Positions 1-8,297 of a stretch of DNA of 64,000 nt are shown here, in pieces; position 1 is the first letter of the stretch; the number at the start of each line of letters is the position of its first letter. A model generated the notes under the pieces. The model had not been told where the DNA came from and did no database searches. It worked only from the letters and a program-made list of their open reading frames with translations. The DNA is from Candidatus Aenigmatarchaeota archaeon (GTDB lineage: Archaea > Aenigmatarchaeota > Aenigmatarchaeia > CG10238-14 > SCSR01), in the NCBI GenBank assembly GCA_038998335.1, contig JAVZHQ010000001.1:160001-224000 (forward strand). The letters are read 5' to 3'. The translations under genes were made by a program, and so were the position numbers.

Positions 1-471
1 CTCAAAATCTATCCCATACTTTTGATATTTTTTGATCATTTCTTCATCGCTTACTGCTCCTACAACCTTTGGTTTTTCTACCATTTCTCCTATACTTAAG
101 CCTGCTAAGGTTATTATCTCCTTTACCCCAAACTTTTCCACATAATCTAAAATAGTGTTAACTATTTCATAATGTCCTTCTGGGTCAACACTTTGGCTAT
201 CTCCTATTAAAATTATCAAGTCTCTCTGGTTTCTTTCCTTAGCTTTCCAGTAGTAAAATTCATTTTTAAGAACATGTACTGCAGAGCTTTGATGTAGCAA
301 AACAAAAGGCATAAAATGTGAAGAATAAAGTTCTGCAAACTTTTTTGCTTTAAGCTCTTCTACTAAGTAGCCTGCAGCGATTCTTCCAACATTACCTACT
401 CCTGGCAAACCTTCTATGAATAAAGGATCTTTCAGCTTTGGCTTTTCAAGTTCTTTTATCCAAGTCGTCAT
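1..471 (-). CDS. Proteasome assembly chaperone PAC2 family protein (3' end runs off window)
   Basis: Manual translation MTTWIKELEKPKLKDPLFIEGLPGVGNVGRIAAGYL has the GLPGxGxVG motif; conserved aIF2a-nop10-PAC2 order. Confidence 0.9.
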   Translation of the reverse strand, partial: MTTWIKELEKPKLKDPLFIEGLPGVGNVGRIAAGYLVEELKAKKFAELYSSHFMPFVLLHQSSAVHVLKNEFYYWKAKERNQRDLIILIGDSQSVDPEGHYEIVNTILDYVEKFGVKEIITLAGLSIGEMVEKPKVVGAVSDEEMIKKYQKYGIDFE

Positions 472-505
472 AATATCATATTTTCTTTTAGCAAATATAT
501 TTAAA

Positions 506-655
506 TCATTTCTCTTTTAACCTTCTTCTGTACTTTCCATACTTATCCGTAGGCGAATAAGGCGGTGGTAAAGGTAGTACAGTTTTTTTGTTACACTTTG
601 GGCAATTCTCCTTAAAAGTATAAATTTTGCAGGAATTACACCTTCTCATTTTCAT
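506..655 (-). CDS. nop10: H/ACA RNP protein Nop10 (49 aa, not in ORF track)
   Basis: MKMRRCNSCKIYTFKENCPKCNKKTVLPLPPPYSPTDKYGKYRRRLKEK: Zn ribbon plus PPxYSPxDKYGKYR. Confidence 0.93.
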   Translation of the reverse strand: MKMRRCNSCKIYTFKENCPKCNKKTVLPLPPPYSPTDKYGKYRRRLKEK

Positions 656-1422
656 TTTATTAACCTGTAACTTCCTTCTCCCTTTGCTTCCTTGATTTCT
701 TTTAAAGTTTTTTCTAAGTTTTCAATAAGTTTTTTCTCCATAGCCTTGGGGTTTTTCCCTTCTATTTCAACTCTGTAACGAGGAGCACTTATGTACTTAA
801 CTTTTATTCCATTTTTTTCCAAATTCAAAAGGATCTCTTTAATTTTTTTAATTCCTTCACTGTCATAACTTTTTAACTCTAGCTCAGCTTTTATCTTAAC
901 TTCCTTTTCCTTAAAACTTTTTTCTAGAGCTTCAAGCAAAGCTTTTGCCCATTTTTCTGGTATACCTTTTTTGACAAGAATTTCGGGTGATTTCCTTGCC
1001 TCTTCAAAAGCAGCATAAAGCTCGCCGAACTTTTCTTGGAGCAAAAACCCAACTTCTTCATAAGCTTGATCTAAGGTTTTACCAAATTCCTTAGCAACTT
1101 GTTCTAAAATTTTTTCTGCTCTCTGCTCTTTTTTATAAGCATTCATCTTTTCCTTCTTTTCTTCTTCGCTAACTCTTTTCAAGCTTAGGTTTACAAATTT
1201 TTTCTGGTAATCTATTTTCACAACTTTTGCAACATATTGCTTATTAACTTTAACAAACTCTCTAATGTCATGAACCCATTTTCCACTAACTTCAGAAACA
1301 TGAATCATCCCTTCAGCTTCAGGGTATTCTTCAAGCTTACACCAAGCAGCATAAGGTGAAATCCTTTGAACAGTACATAAAACAAGTTCTCCCCATTCAG
1401 GCAAACCTTTTCTTCTTGGCAA
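652..1422 (-). CDS. eif2a: Translation initiation factor aIF2 alpha
   Basis: S1 domain (PEWGELV...HVSEVS), YISAPRYR motif. Confidence 0.96.
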   Translation of the reverse strand: MPRRKGLPEWGELVLCTVQRISPYAAWCKLEEYPEAEGMIHVSEVSGKWVHDIREFVKVNKQYVAKVVKIDYQKKFVNLSLKRVSEEEKKEKMNAYKKEQRAEKILEQVAKEFGKTLDQAYEEVGFLLQEKFGELYAAFEEARKSPEILVKKGIPEKWAKALLEALEKSFKEKEVKIKAELELKSYDSEGIKKIKEILLNLEKNGIKVKYISAPRYRVEIEGKNPKAMEKKLIENLEKTLKEIKEAKGEGSYRLIK

Positions 1423-1480
1423 TTTTTCACCTCTCTAATAAATTAGTAAATAAATAATTTAACTTTCAGCATGCTTTTTT

Positions 1481-1496
1481 TGTTAGACGTTTAACA
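1481..1496. repeat. 16-bp palindrome, copy 1 (TGTTAGACGTTTAACA, one mismatch)
   Basis: 15/16 match to four perfect copies elsewhere; intergenic. Confidence 0.85.
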
Positions 1497-1538
1497 TTAA
1501 AAATCTCAACACTGTCTCTAAATAAGAATGCAGGGTAG

Positions 1539-1624
1539 TGCAGGGGCTGGGATTTGAACCCAGGAAGGCACTAAGCCACAGGGTTCTAAGCCCTGCGCCT
1601 TTGACCAGACTTGGCTACCCCTGC
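1539..1624 (-). tRNA. tRNA-Leu(TAG)
   Basis: Cloverleaf CAGGG-CT-TAG-AA-CCCTG, long variable arm, GTTCAAATC T-loop. Confidence 0.95.
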
Positions 1625-1680
1625 CTAATTTAAAATTCAAATCAAAATTAATAAATTGTTTTATTCTTTAAAATAATTTT

Positions 1681-2484
1681 ATGAAAAAAAGTTCAACTCT
1701 TCCTAAAAAAATTGATGTTGTCATGCTAACAAAAAACAGTGAAGAAATACTAGAGAAATGCCTTGATTCACTTTACAAGAACGTTCCAGTTAAAAGGTTA
1801 ATAATTGTCGACGGTTTTTCGCAGGATAGAACAATAGATATATTGGAAAATTACAACAAAGAGTATTCCAATATTAAAATAATCCAAGATTCTGGAACAA
1901 GAGCAACAGCAAGACAAAAAGGAATAAAGGCAGTTAAAACCAAATGGTTCATGTTTTTAGATAGCGATATAATTCTTTGCAAGGATTGGTTCAAAAAAGC
2001 TTCTAATTATATTAAAGAAAATGTTGGCATGATTTGGGGAGTTAATATAGATGTAGTTCCTGGTTTAAAGAGCGAGTTATTTTTTAGAGCTTTCAAGAAA
2101 TTTTCGGTAGGATACTTTAAAATCCGAGGCGGACTTCATGATACCCTTCTCCTTTTAGATGCTGTTAAAGATATAAAAATACCATCTTCTCTTCATTGTT
2201 ATGAGGATTATTATATAATGCAATTTGTTATTAACAAAGGCTATACTGTTGCAATTCCTGATGGTCTATACTGCTTTCATCTTAGACCTACGATTGACTG
2301 GGAATTGAGAGAAGGTTTAAAGTTAGCCTTTGAGGAAATAAAGTATGGGTTGTTTAAGTGTCACAGGTTTAAGTGTGTTTTTTACTATCCCTTTCTTCTC
2401 TTTTATTGGGTTTTACAAAAAATTAAAAGAAGAAAATCTTCTTCAAAAGGATTTTCCCTTAGCTATATGAACGCCAAACCCTAG
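1681..2484 (+). CDS. Glycosyltransferase family 2
   Basis: IIVDGFSQDRT and FLDSD (DxD) motifs. Confidence 0.9.
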   Translation: MKKSSTLPKKIDVVMLTKNSEEILEKCLDSLYKNVPVKRLIIVDGFSQDRTIDILENYNKEYSNIKIIQDSGTRATARQKGIKAVKTKWFMFLDSDIILCKDWFKKASNYIKENVGMIWGVNIDVVPGLKSELFFRAFKKFSVGYFKIRGGLHDTLLLLDAVKDIKIPSSLHCYEDYYIMQFVINKGYTVAIPDGLYCFHLRPTIDWELREGLKLAFEEIKYGLFKCHRFKCVFYYPFLLFYWVLQKIKRRKSSSKGFSLSYMNAKP

Positions 2485-3027
2485 AGCCCATATTAAAATA
2501 GGATAAGCTATCATTCTCTCCATCCCACCTTTTCCCAAACCAAGATCAGCTCCTAAACCAAAAAGAATTAAAGAAAGAAGAGAGATTATACCGAGAAATA
2601 AAAATAGAATAGAAAAAAACGATTTATGGATTTTGTAAGAGAAAACAGAAGCTAAGGCTCCAAAGAAAAAAGTAATGAAAGAAAAAATAACGTGCAATAA
2701 GCCAAAGTCTTCAGTAAAAATTCCAACTCCCATAGCTCCAATTCCCGCTAAAACTAAGCAAAACAGAAAATCTTTTGGTTCTTTTTCAATCAAAAGAAAA
2801 TAAGCAGAAATTAAAGTTAACAAACCAAGAAGAAAAACGGAAAAGTTAAAAATGAAAGCAGAAGGACCAACACCTAAATCACTGATATAATTGGAAGAAA
2901 CGCTATAGTTAGGATATAAAGCTTCTGCAATCTTGAGAGCTAGAATGAATTGCGCGCTTGCTACAAAAATTAAAAAGCCAGCTATCTTTCTTTTGTTTTT
3001 CTTCATTAAATAGAATTTCATTTTCAT
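2443..3027 (-). CDS. DUF998-like membrane protein
   Basis: YSVSSNYISDLG, H in TM segment, GGMERM motif, multiple TM helices. Confidence 0.8.
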   Translation of the reverse strand: MKMKFYLMKKNKRKIAGFLIFVASAQFILALKIAEALYPNYSVSSNYISDLGVGPSAFIFNFSVFLLGLLTLISAYFLLIEKEPKDFLFCLVLAGIGAMGVGIFTEDFGLLHVIFSFITFFFGALASVFSYKIHKSFFSILFLFLGIISLLSLILFGLGADLGLGKGGMERMIAYPILIWALGFGVHIAKGKSF

Positions 3028-3036
3028 TATTTAAAA

Positions 3037-3111
3037 TGCCCCCGCCGGGATTTGAACCCGGGTCTCCGGCTCGAGAGGCCAGTATCCTTGACCGGGCTAG
3101 ACTACAGGGGC
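3037..3111 (-). tRNA. tRNA-Glu(CTC)
   Basis: Cloverleaf CTGGC-CT-CTC-GA-GCCGG. Confidence 0.95.
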
Positions 3112-3213
3112 CTTATCTATAATTTAAAAATTTTTTAAATTTTTAAGTTCGCCCCCTTTTATAATTTAACTCAACCACATTAATTTCTTTATCTGTAATT
3201 TATTTATGAGAGT

Positions 3214-4068
3214 ATGGTTGAGCTGAAGAAAAAAGTTTTCAAAACAATTTCAAAATACAAGCTAATCGAGAACGAAGACAAAATTTTTGTTGCTTTAAGT
3301 GGAGGAAAAGACAGTGCTACTGTTTGTTTTCTGCTTTCTGAATACATAAGGGAAAATAAAATAGATTGTGAGGTAAACGCTTTTCATCTAATTCTTGGCG
3401 ATTTCATACCAAAAACTGTTCTTAACACAGTGAAAAAACAGGCAACTATATGCGAGGTTAAACTTAAGGTTTATGATGTTAAAAATTTTGGGATAGATTT
3501 CAAAAAATTAACAAACTTAGAAAGACCAATTTGTAGCTTTTGCGGAATAGTTAAAAGATATCTTATGAACAAAATTCCAAGAGAGGAAGGAGCAACAAAG
3601 CTTTGTACAGGCCATAATGCAGACGATTTCTTGGTTTTCTTCTTTAAAAATATGCTAAGCAAAAACATTTTTTGGATTTCAAAGTTTTTACCTAAGCTTG
3701 AAGGCAAGAATAAGCAATTAACGAGAATAAGACCTTTATTCTTTGTTAGCCAAGAAGAAACAAAAGATTTTTGCAAGAAAGAAGGAATCCCTTTTGTTGA
3801 AGAGGATGTTTGTCCTTATATAATCCTTAAACAAAAAATGGACAGAAAAAGAGAAAAATGGTACAAGCTTATTAAAGAAATTTCAAGGTGGCAACCAAAC
3901 TTTAGAGAAAACTTTTTAGAAAGCGTAATTTCAGTTGCGCAAATTTTAAAAAATAACTTTCCTGTTGAGTTAAAAGAGTGTGAAATCTGCAAAGAACCAA
4001 CAAGCATGAGAATATGTAGCTTTTGCAGGTTGAAAGAAAGAATAAAAAGTGGGCTCGGAGGGATTTGA
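3214..4068 (+). CDS. tRNA thiolation PP-loop ATPase (TtuA/Ncs6/TtcA family)
   Basis: SGGKDS, CSFC, TGHNADD, RIRPL, CPY and C-terminal CxxC..CxxC. Confidence 0.9.
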   Translation: MVELKKKVFKTISKYKLIENEDKIFVALSGGKDSATVCFLLSEYIRENKIDCEVNAFHLILGDFIPKTVLNTVKKQATICEVKLKVYDVKNFGIDFKKLTNLERPICSFCGIVKRYLMNKIPREEGATKLCTGHNADDFLVFFFKNMLSKNIFWISKFLPKLEGKNKQLTRIRPLFFVSQEETKDFCKKEGIPFVEEDVCPYIILKQKMDRKREKWYKLIKEISRWQPNFRENFLESVISVAQILKNNFPVELKECEICKEPTSMRICSFCRLKERIKSGLGGI

Positions 4069-4133
4069 ACCCTCACTACTGCGTTTCCTCAAAACCGAAG
4101 CGCAGTCGGCTATCCAGGTTACCGGACGAGCCC
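4050..4133 (-). tRNA. tRNA-Arg(TCG) with a 10-nt intron at 37/38 (4085-4094)
   Basis: Acceptor GGGCTCG/CGAGCCC; anticodon arm CTGCG-CT-TCG-G[TTTTGAGGAA]A-CGCAG. Confidence 0.85.
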
Positions 4134-4168
4134 TTAATTATCAATTTATTTTTGTGATTAAAGAAAAT

Positions 4169-5473
4169 TTAAGGATAAATTCTGTTTATTAACCTTGGAA
4201 AAGGAATAGCATCTCTTATATGCTTAAGCTTGCAAACCCACATTATAAACCTTTCTATTCCTAAGCCAAAACCTGCATGTGGTACTGAGCCGTATCTTCT
4301 TAGATCTATGTACCACTCGTAGGCTTTTGGGTCAAGTTTTTCTTCTTTTATCCTTTGGATCAATTCTTCTAAATCATGAATTCTTTGACCACCTCCAATA
4401 ATTTCTCCATAACCTTCTGGAGCAAGCATGTCTGCACTTAAAGTAACTTCAGGCCTTTTCGGATCAGGTTTATGGTAAAAAGCTTTAACTCCTTTTGGAA
4501 AATGAGTTAAGAAGAAAGGAACGTCAAACTTGCTAGCTAACCTTTTTTCTAGAATCCATGTTATATCATCACCCCACTTAATTTTAACTCCATCCTTTTG
4601 AAGAATTTCTATAGCTTGATCATAAGTTATTCTTGGGAAAGGTGGTTTGATCTTAAGTAAGTCTTGAGGGTCTCTTCCAAGTTTCTTTAGCTCTTCAGGC
4701 ATTTCCTTTGCAAGAGTATGACAAATATGAGTTATAAATTCTTCTTGCATCTTCATAGTTTGCTCTAAGTCACAAAATGGCTCTTCAACTTCAAGATGCC
4801 AAAATTCTGTTAAATGTCTTCTTGTCCTTGACTTTTCAGCTCTGAACGAAGGAGCTATAGTGAAAATTTTTCCTAGGGTTGAAATAGCAGCTTCAGCATA
4901 AAGTTGCCAACTTTGAGTTAGGTAAGCTTTTTTCCCAAAATAATTTACCTCGAACATCGTTGCTCCTCCTTCGCAAGCAGCTCCTGTTAGGCTTGGTGAA
5001 TGAAATTCCTTATAACCATGAGAAAGAAGCCATTCTCTGGCTATTTGTAAAACTTTCGACCTTATCTTAAGAATTGTTTGCATTTTTTCGCTTCTTAACC
5101 ACAAGTGCCTATAATCAAGTAAAAATTCTGGTCCATGATACTTTTTTGCAATGGGAAACCCTTCTAAAGATTTGTGAATAACTTTAATTTTTTCCGCAGT
5201 AATTTCATAACCTCCAGGTGCTCTTGGCTCCTTTTTAGAAATTCCTTCTATTTCAACTACTGATTCCAAAGTTATTTTTTCCAACTCTTCAAAAGTTTTA
5301 TCGTCAAACTTTTCTTTTTTGATAGTGCATTGAATAAATCCAGAACCATCTCTTATTATGTAAAAAATAATTCCTCCAGAGCTTCTTTTACCATAAACCC
5401 AGCCTCTAATCAAAACTTTCCCTTCTCTTCCTTTTTTCAACACTTCTTCTATTTCTGTAAGCATTTCCATCAC
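4169..5473 (-). CDS. asnS: Asparagine--tRNA ligase
   Basis: OB-fold N-terminus, YLTQSWQLY, FRAEKSRTRRHLTEFW, GEIIGGGQR, GFGLGIER. Confidence 0.93.
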   Translation of the reverse strand: MMEMLTEIEEVLKKGREGKVLIRGWVYGKRSSGGIIFYIIRDGSGFIQCTIKKEKFDDKTFEELEKITLESVVEIEGISKKEPRAPGGYEITAEKIKVIHKSLEGFPIAKKYHGPEFLLDYRHLWLRSEKMQTILKIRSKVLQIAREWLLSHGYKEFHSPSLTGAACEGGATMFEVNYFGKKAYLTQSWQLYAEAAISTLGKIFTIAPSFRAEKSRTRRHLTEFWHLEVEEPFCDLEQTMKMQEEFITHICHTLAKEMPEELKKLGRDPQDLLKIKPPFPRITYDQAIEILQKDGVKIKWGDDITWILEKRLASKFDVPFFLTHFPKGVKAFYHKPDPKRPEVTLSADMLAPEGYGEIIGGGQRIHDLEELIQRIKEEKLDPKAYEWYIDLRRYGSVPHAGFGLGIERFIMWVCKLKHIRDAIPFPRLINRIYP

Positions 5474-5505
5474 TTTATTTTTTTAATGTTATAGTTAAAT
5501 TTTTA

Positions 5506-5577
5506 CGCCCTGGGGGAGATTTGAACTCCCGACCTCCTGGTTAACAGCCAGTTGCTCTACCTCTGAGCTACCAGGGC
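5506..5577 (-). tRNA. tRNA-Asn(GTT)
   Basis: Cloverleaf CTGG-CT-GTT-AA-CCAG, discriminator G. Confidence 0.95.
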
Positions 5578-6476
5578 CTTCTTATCTCACCTCCTGGAAT
5601 TATTGGCATTAAGCTTGCTTCATAAACACACTTTAATCCGCAAACATACCTTGTTAACCTTTCTAGACCAATACCAAATCCAGAGGTAGGTTTTAAACTT
5701 TTAATACTTTTCAAGTACCATTTACACTTAGCTATTTCTGTTCCTTTAATTTTTTCAACAATCTTCTTTTCTTCATATTCCCTTTCGCTTCCTGAACATG
5801 CTTCACCAAACCCAGAATCATAGATTAAATCAAAATCCAAAAGTTTTTCACCGTCAATTTTTTCATAAAACCCTCTTGAACCTTTAGGATAATGAGTTAT
5901 GAAAAAAGGTTGAATAAACTTTTTAGATAACTCTTTTTCTACTTCCCAAGGTATCTCTTTGCCAGAAGAAACATGAAGACCCATTTTTCTAGCTATTTCT
6001 AAAGCTTCTCCGTAGCTTATTCTTTTAAATGGAATTCTTGGCACTCTAAGCTTTCTGCCTAAGATCTTTAACTCTTTCTTGCATTTCTTTTTCACTTTTT
6101 TACAAACAAACTGTATTAACCTTTCTAAAACTCTCATCGCATCTTCTTGCTTACCTAAAACTTCAACTTCTACTTGCCAAAATTGCGCTAAATGTCTTTT
6201 TGTTTTCTTACATTCTTCTGGCTCTTTTCTAAAACAAGGACAAAAAGAAAATATTTTTCCAAAATGTTTTGCTAATAAAGGTTTATGGACTGTTAAAGCG
6301 CTCATTAGTTTGTATTTTTTTCCATAAGCTTCTACCTCAAAAAATTTCGCACCTCTTATTCCTGGGTCAGTTATCGAATCTAAAAGAGGAGGAAGTATTT
6401 CTAAAAACCCTTCTCGATAAAGAAACTCTCTTATCGCTTTCATAACTTCTTCTTGTACCTTAAGCACAGCTTTCAT
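5568..6476 (-). CDS. Archaeal asparagine synthetase A (AsnRS-like, no anticodon-binding domain)
   Basis: Class II aaRS core only: ITDPG, RHLAQF, SGSERE, GFGIGLERL. Confidence 0.85.
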   Translation of the reverse strand: MKAVLKVQEEVMKAIREFLYREGFLEILPPLLDSITDPGIRGAKFFEVEAYGKKYKLMSALTVHKPLLAKHFGKIFSFCPCFRKEPEECKKTKRHLAQFWQVEVEVLGKQEDAMRVLERLIQFVCKKVKKKCKKELKILGRKLRVPRIPFKRISYGEALEIARKMGLHVSSGKEIPWEVEKELSKKFIQPFFITHYPKGSRGFYEKIDGEKLLDFDLIYDSGFGEACSGSEREYEEKKIVEKIKGTEIAKCKWYLKSIKSLKPTSGFGIGLERLTRYVCGLKCVYEASLMPIIPGGEIRRPW

Positions 6477-6504
6477 TTTTTTTGAGTAAATTCCGCATCT
6501 CTTC

Positions 6505-6657
6505 TCACCTTTCCAAACTTGCGGGAATTATACTAGCAACAACTCTAGAGCCAAACTTTATCTTTAACTTTTTTCTTATAGGAGCAGGAACTAAAATCCT
6601 TCCGCGATCGTCAAGAGTAGCAACAAAACTAAAGAAATCTTCATCTTCTTGCTTCAA
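6505..6657 (-). CDS. AbrB/MazE/SpoVT/MraZ-like swapped-hairpin DNA-binding protein (50 aa, TTG start, not in ORF track)
   Basis: MKQEDEDFFSFVATLDDRGRILVPAPIRKKLKIKFGSRVVASIIPASLER contains the LDxxGRIxxPxxIRxxLxIxxGxxV signature. Confidence 0.82.
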   Translation of the reverse strand: MKQEDEDFFSFVATLDDRGRILVPAPIRKKLKIKFGSRVVASIIPASLER

Positions 6658-6842
6658 AGTTTTGACGACCGCCCAATGTTTTCACCTTTTTAATTTTTTC
6701 TCATCAAAAATATTTAAATTTATGTGGGAAATTTTTCAAGAAAAGTTTTTTGTTTAACATAAAAGTTTAACAAAAGTAGTTACAAAAAAATATAGAAAAT
6801 TCTACAATAATCAATTTAAATAAGCTAGAATAAAAGAATTTT

Positions 6843-6916
6843 ACGGGTTAATTAAACGGGTTAAAACTTACGGATTAAATTGCGGGTTTTGTACGGGTTT
6901 GAATTAGATACGGGTT
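6843..6916 (+). promoter_or_regulatory. Six direct repeats of ACGGGTT between the AbrB-like gene and ftsZ
   Basis: Copies start at 6843, 6856, 6870 (ACGGATT), 6882 (GCGGGTT), 6893 and 6910 in an AT-rich spacer. Confidence 0.7.
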
Positions 6917-7012
6917 AGACTTTACCTAATTCTAAGATAAAATATTTGAAAACCTTTATAAATGGTTTTCGATGAAACAAAATATATTTTGTTGAAGATG
7001 GGAGGATTGAAA

Positions 7013-8161
7013 ATGGAAAGTATTGTTCAAAGCGCTTTGAAGAGAACATTCGGAGAGGACTCTCCAACAACAAGATTTAAATTAGAATCAACTTCTGGAG
7101 CTACGTTTTCCAGCGTTGATTATTATAAACTAGCAGAGCAGGAATTTGGATTTTCAGTTAAAAAAGCAAAGATTGTTGTAGTAGGATGTGGAGGAGCAGG
7201 TCAAAATGCTGTGACAAGATTAACAGAAATGGGAATAGAAGGAGCAACAACTGTTTCTTTAAACTCAGACGCAAAACACTTAGCAGTAGGAAAAGCTGAC
7301 AAGAAAATTTTGATAGGAAAAGAATTAACAAAAGGTTTAGGTTGTGGTGGTTATCCAGAAATTGGAAGAAAGTGTGCAGAAGAATCAAGAAACGAAATTA
7401 AAGAAGCTTTGGAAGGAGCTGACTTAGTTTTTGCCATAGCAGGATTAGGAAAAGGAACAGGCACAGGTAGCATACCAGTAGTTTGCGAGATTGCTAAAAG
7501 TATGGGAGCAATCGTAATAGCAGTAGTTACCATGCCTTTCAAGCTTGAGGGAGCAAGGATTTCAAAAGCAGAACAAGGTTTAGCTGCTCTTAGGCAAGTT
7601 ACAGATACTGTTATAGTAATAGAAAACGATAAACTTTTGAAGTATGCTGGTAACTTATCCATACAACAAGCATTTGCAGTAGCTGATGAGCTAATAGCAA
7701 GCATGGTTAAAGGAATAACTGAAACTATTACTCTACCAAGCTTGGTGAACTTAGATTATGCAGACGTTAAAGCAGTAATGCACACAGGAGGAGTTGCTGC
7801 AATAGGTGTTGGTGAAAGTAACAGCTCAGACAGAGCAAGAGACGCTATAACAAAAGCTTTGCTCAATCCTTTGTTAGAGGTTGATTACACAGGAGCAACA
7901 GGAGCTTTGATTCACATAACAGGTGGGCCAGACCTTAAGCTAGAAGAAGTAAACATGATAGGAGAAACTGTTTCTCAACACTTAGACCCAAGCGCCCAAG
8001 TCTTCTGGGGAGCTAGAATTTTGCCAGAGTTTGAAGGAAAAGTTCAGGTAATTGCAATAATAACAGGAGTTAAGTCGCCCTACATCTTAGGTCCAGTAAC
8101 TTATGAGAGGCCTGTAGTTAAGGAAATCAGCGAGACCTTGGGAATTGATATAATTAGATAA
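7013..8161 (+). CDS. ftsZ: Cell division protein FtsZ (FtsZ2-like); likely start at 7013 after GGAGG
   Basis: GCGGAGQN, GKGTGTG, SLVNLDYADV, DYTGATGALIHITGGPDL. Confidence 0.95.
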   Translation: MESIVQSALKRTFGEDSPTTRFKLESTSGATFSSVDYYKLAEQEFGFSVKKAKIVVVGCGGAGQNAVTRLTEMGIEGATTVSLNSDAKHLAVGKADKKILIGKELTKGLGCGGYPEIGRKCAEESRNEIKEALEGADLVFAIAGLGKGTGTGSIPVVCEIAKSMGAIVIAVVTMPFKLEGARISKAEQGLAALRQVTDTVIVIENDKLLKYAGNLSIQQAFAVADELIASMVKGITETITLPSLVNLDYADVKAVMHTGGVAAIGVGESNSSDRARDAITKALLNPLLEVDYTGATGALIHITGGPDLKLEEVNMIGETVSQHLDPSAQVFWGARILPEFEGKVQVIAIITGVKSPYILGPVTYERPVVKEISETLGIDIIR

Positions 8162-8182
8162 AATGCACCTTTTTGGTGCATT
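8162..8182 (+). other. Stem-loop immediately after the ftsZ stop
   Basis: AATGCACC-TTTTT-GGTGCATT perfect 8-bp stem. Confidence 0.6.
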
Positions 8183-8198
8183 AAAAAGGGGCGATGGT

Positions 8199-8270
8199 AT
8201 GGACGAGGATATACCAGACCCATTAGAAGATGCCGACTGGGATGAGGAAGAGGAAGAAGAGTTTTGGTGA
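8199..8270 (+). CDS. Putative 23-aa acidic micropeptide
   Basis: MDEDIPDPLEDADWDEEEEEEFW; G-rich SD-like sequence upstream, T-rich tract downstream. Confidence 0.55.
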   Translation: MDEDIPDPLEDADWDEEEEEEFW

Positions 8271-8297
8271 TTCTTTCTTTTTCTTCTTTTTATTTTT

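Noticed and set aside
1529-1546. CCCTGCA repeated just past the tRNA-Leu 3' end, as a possible att site
   Set aside because: Only 7 bp, directly adjacent, and no integrase or intervening element
6482-6757. 91-aa plus-strand ORF from the track
   Set aside because: Antisense shadow of the AbrB-like gene; no motif
6680-6960. AT-rich spacer with repeats as a replication origin or CRISPR array
   Set aside because: Repeats are 7 bp with 4-10 bp gaps, so not CRISPR; no ORB-like boxes or adjacent cdc6. An origin is not fully excluded
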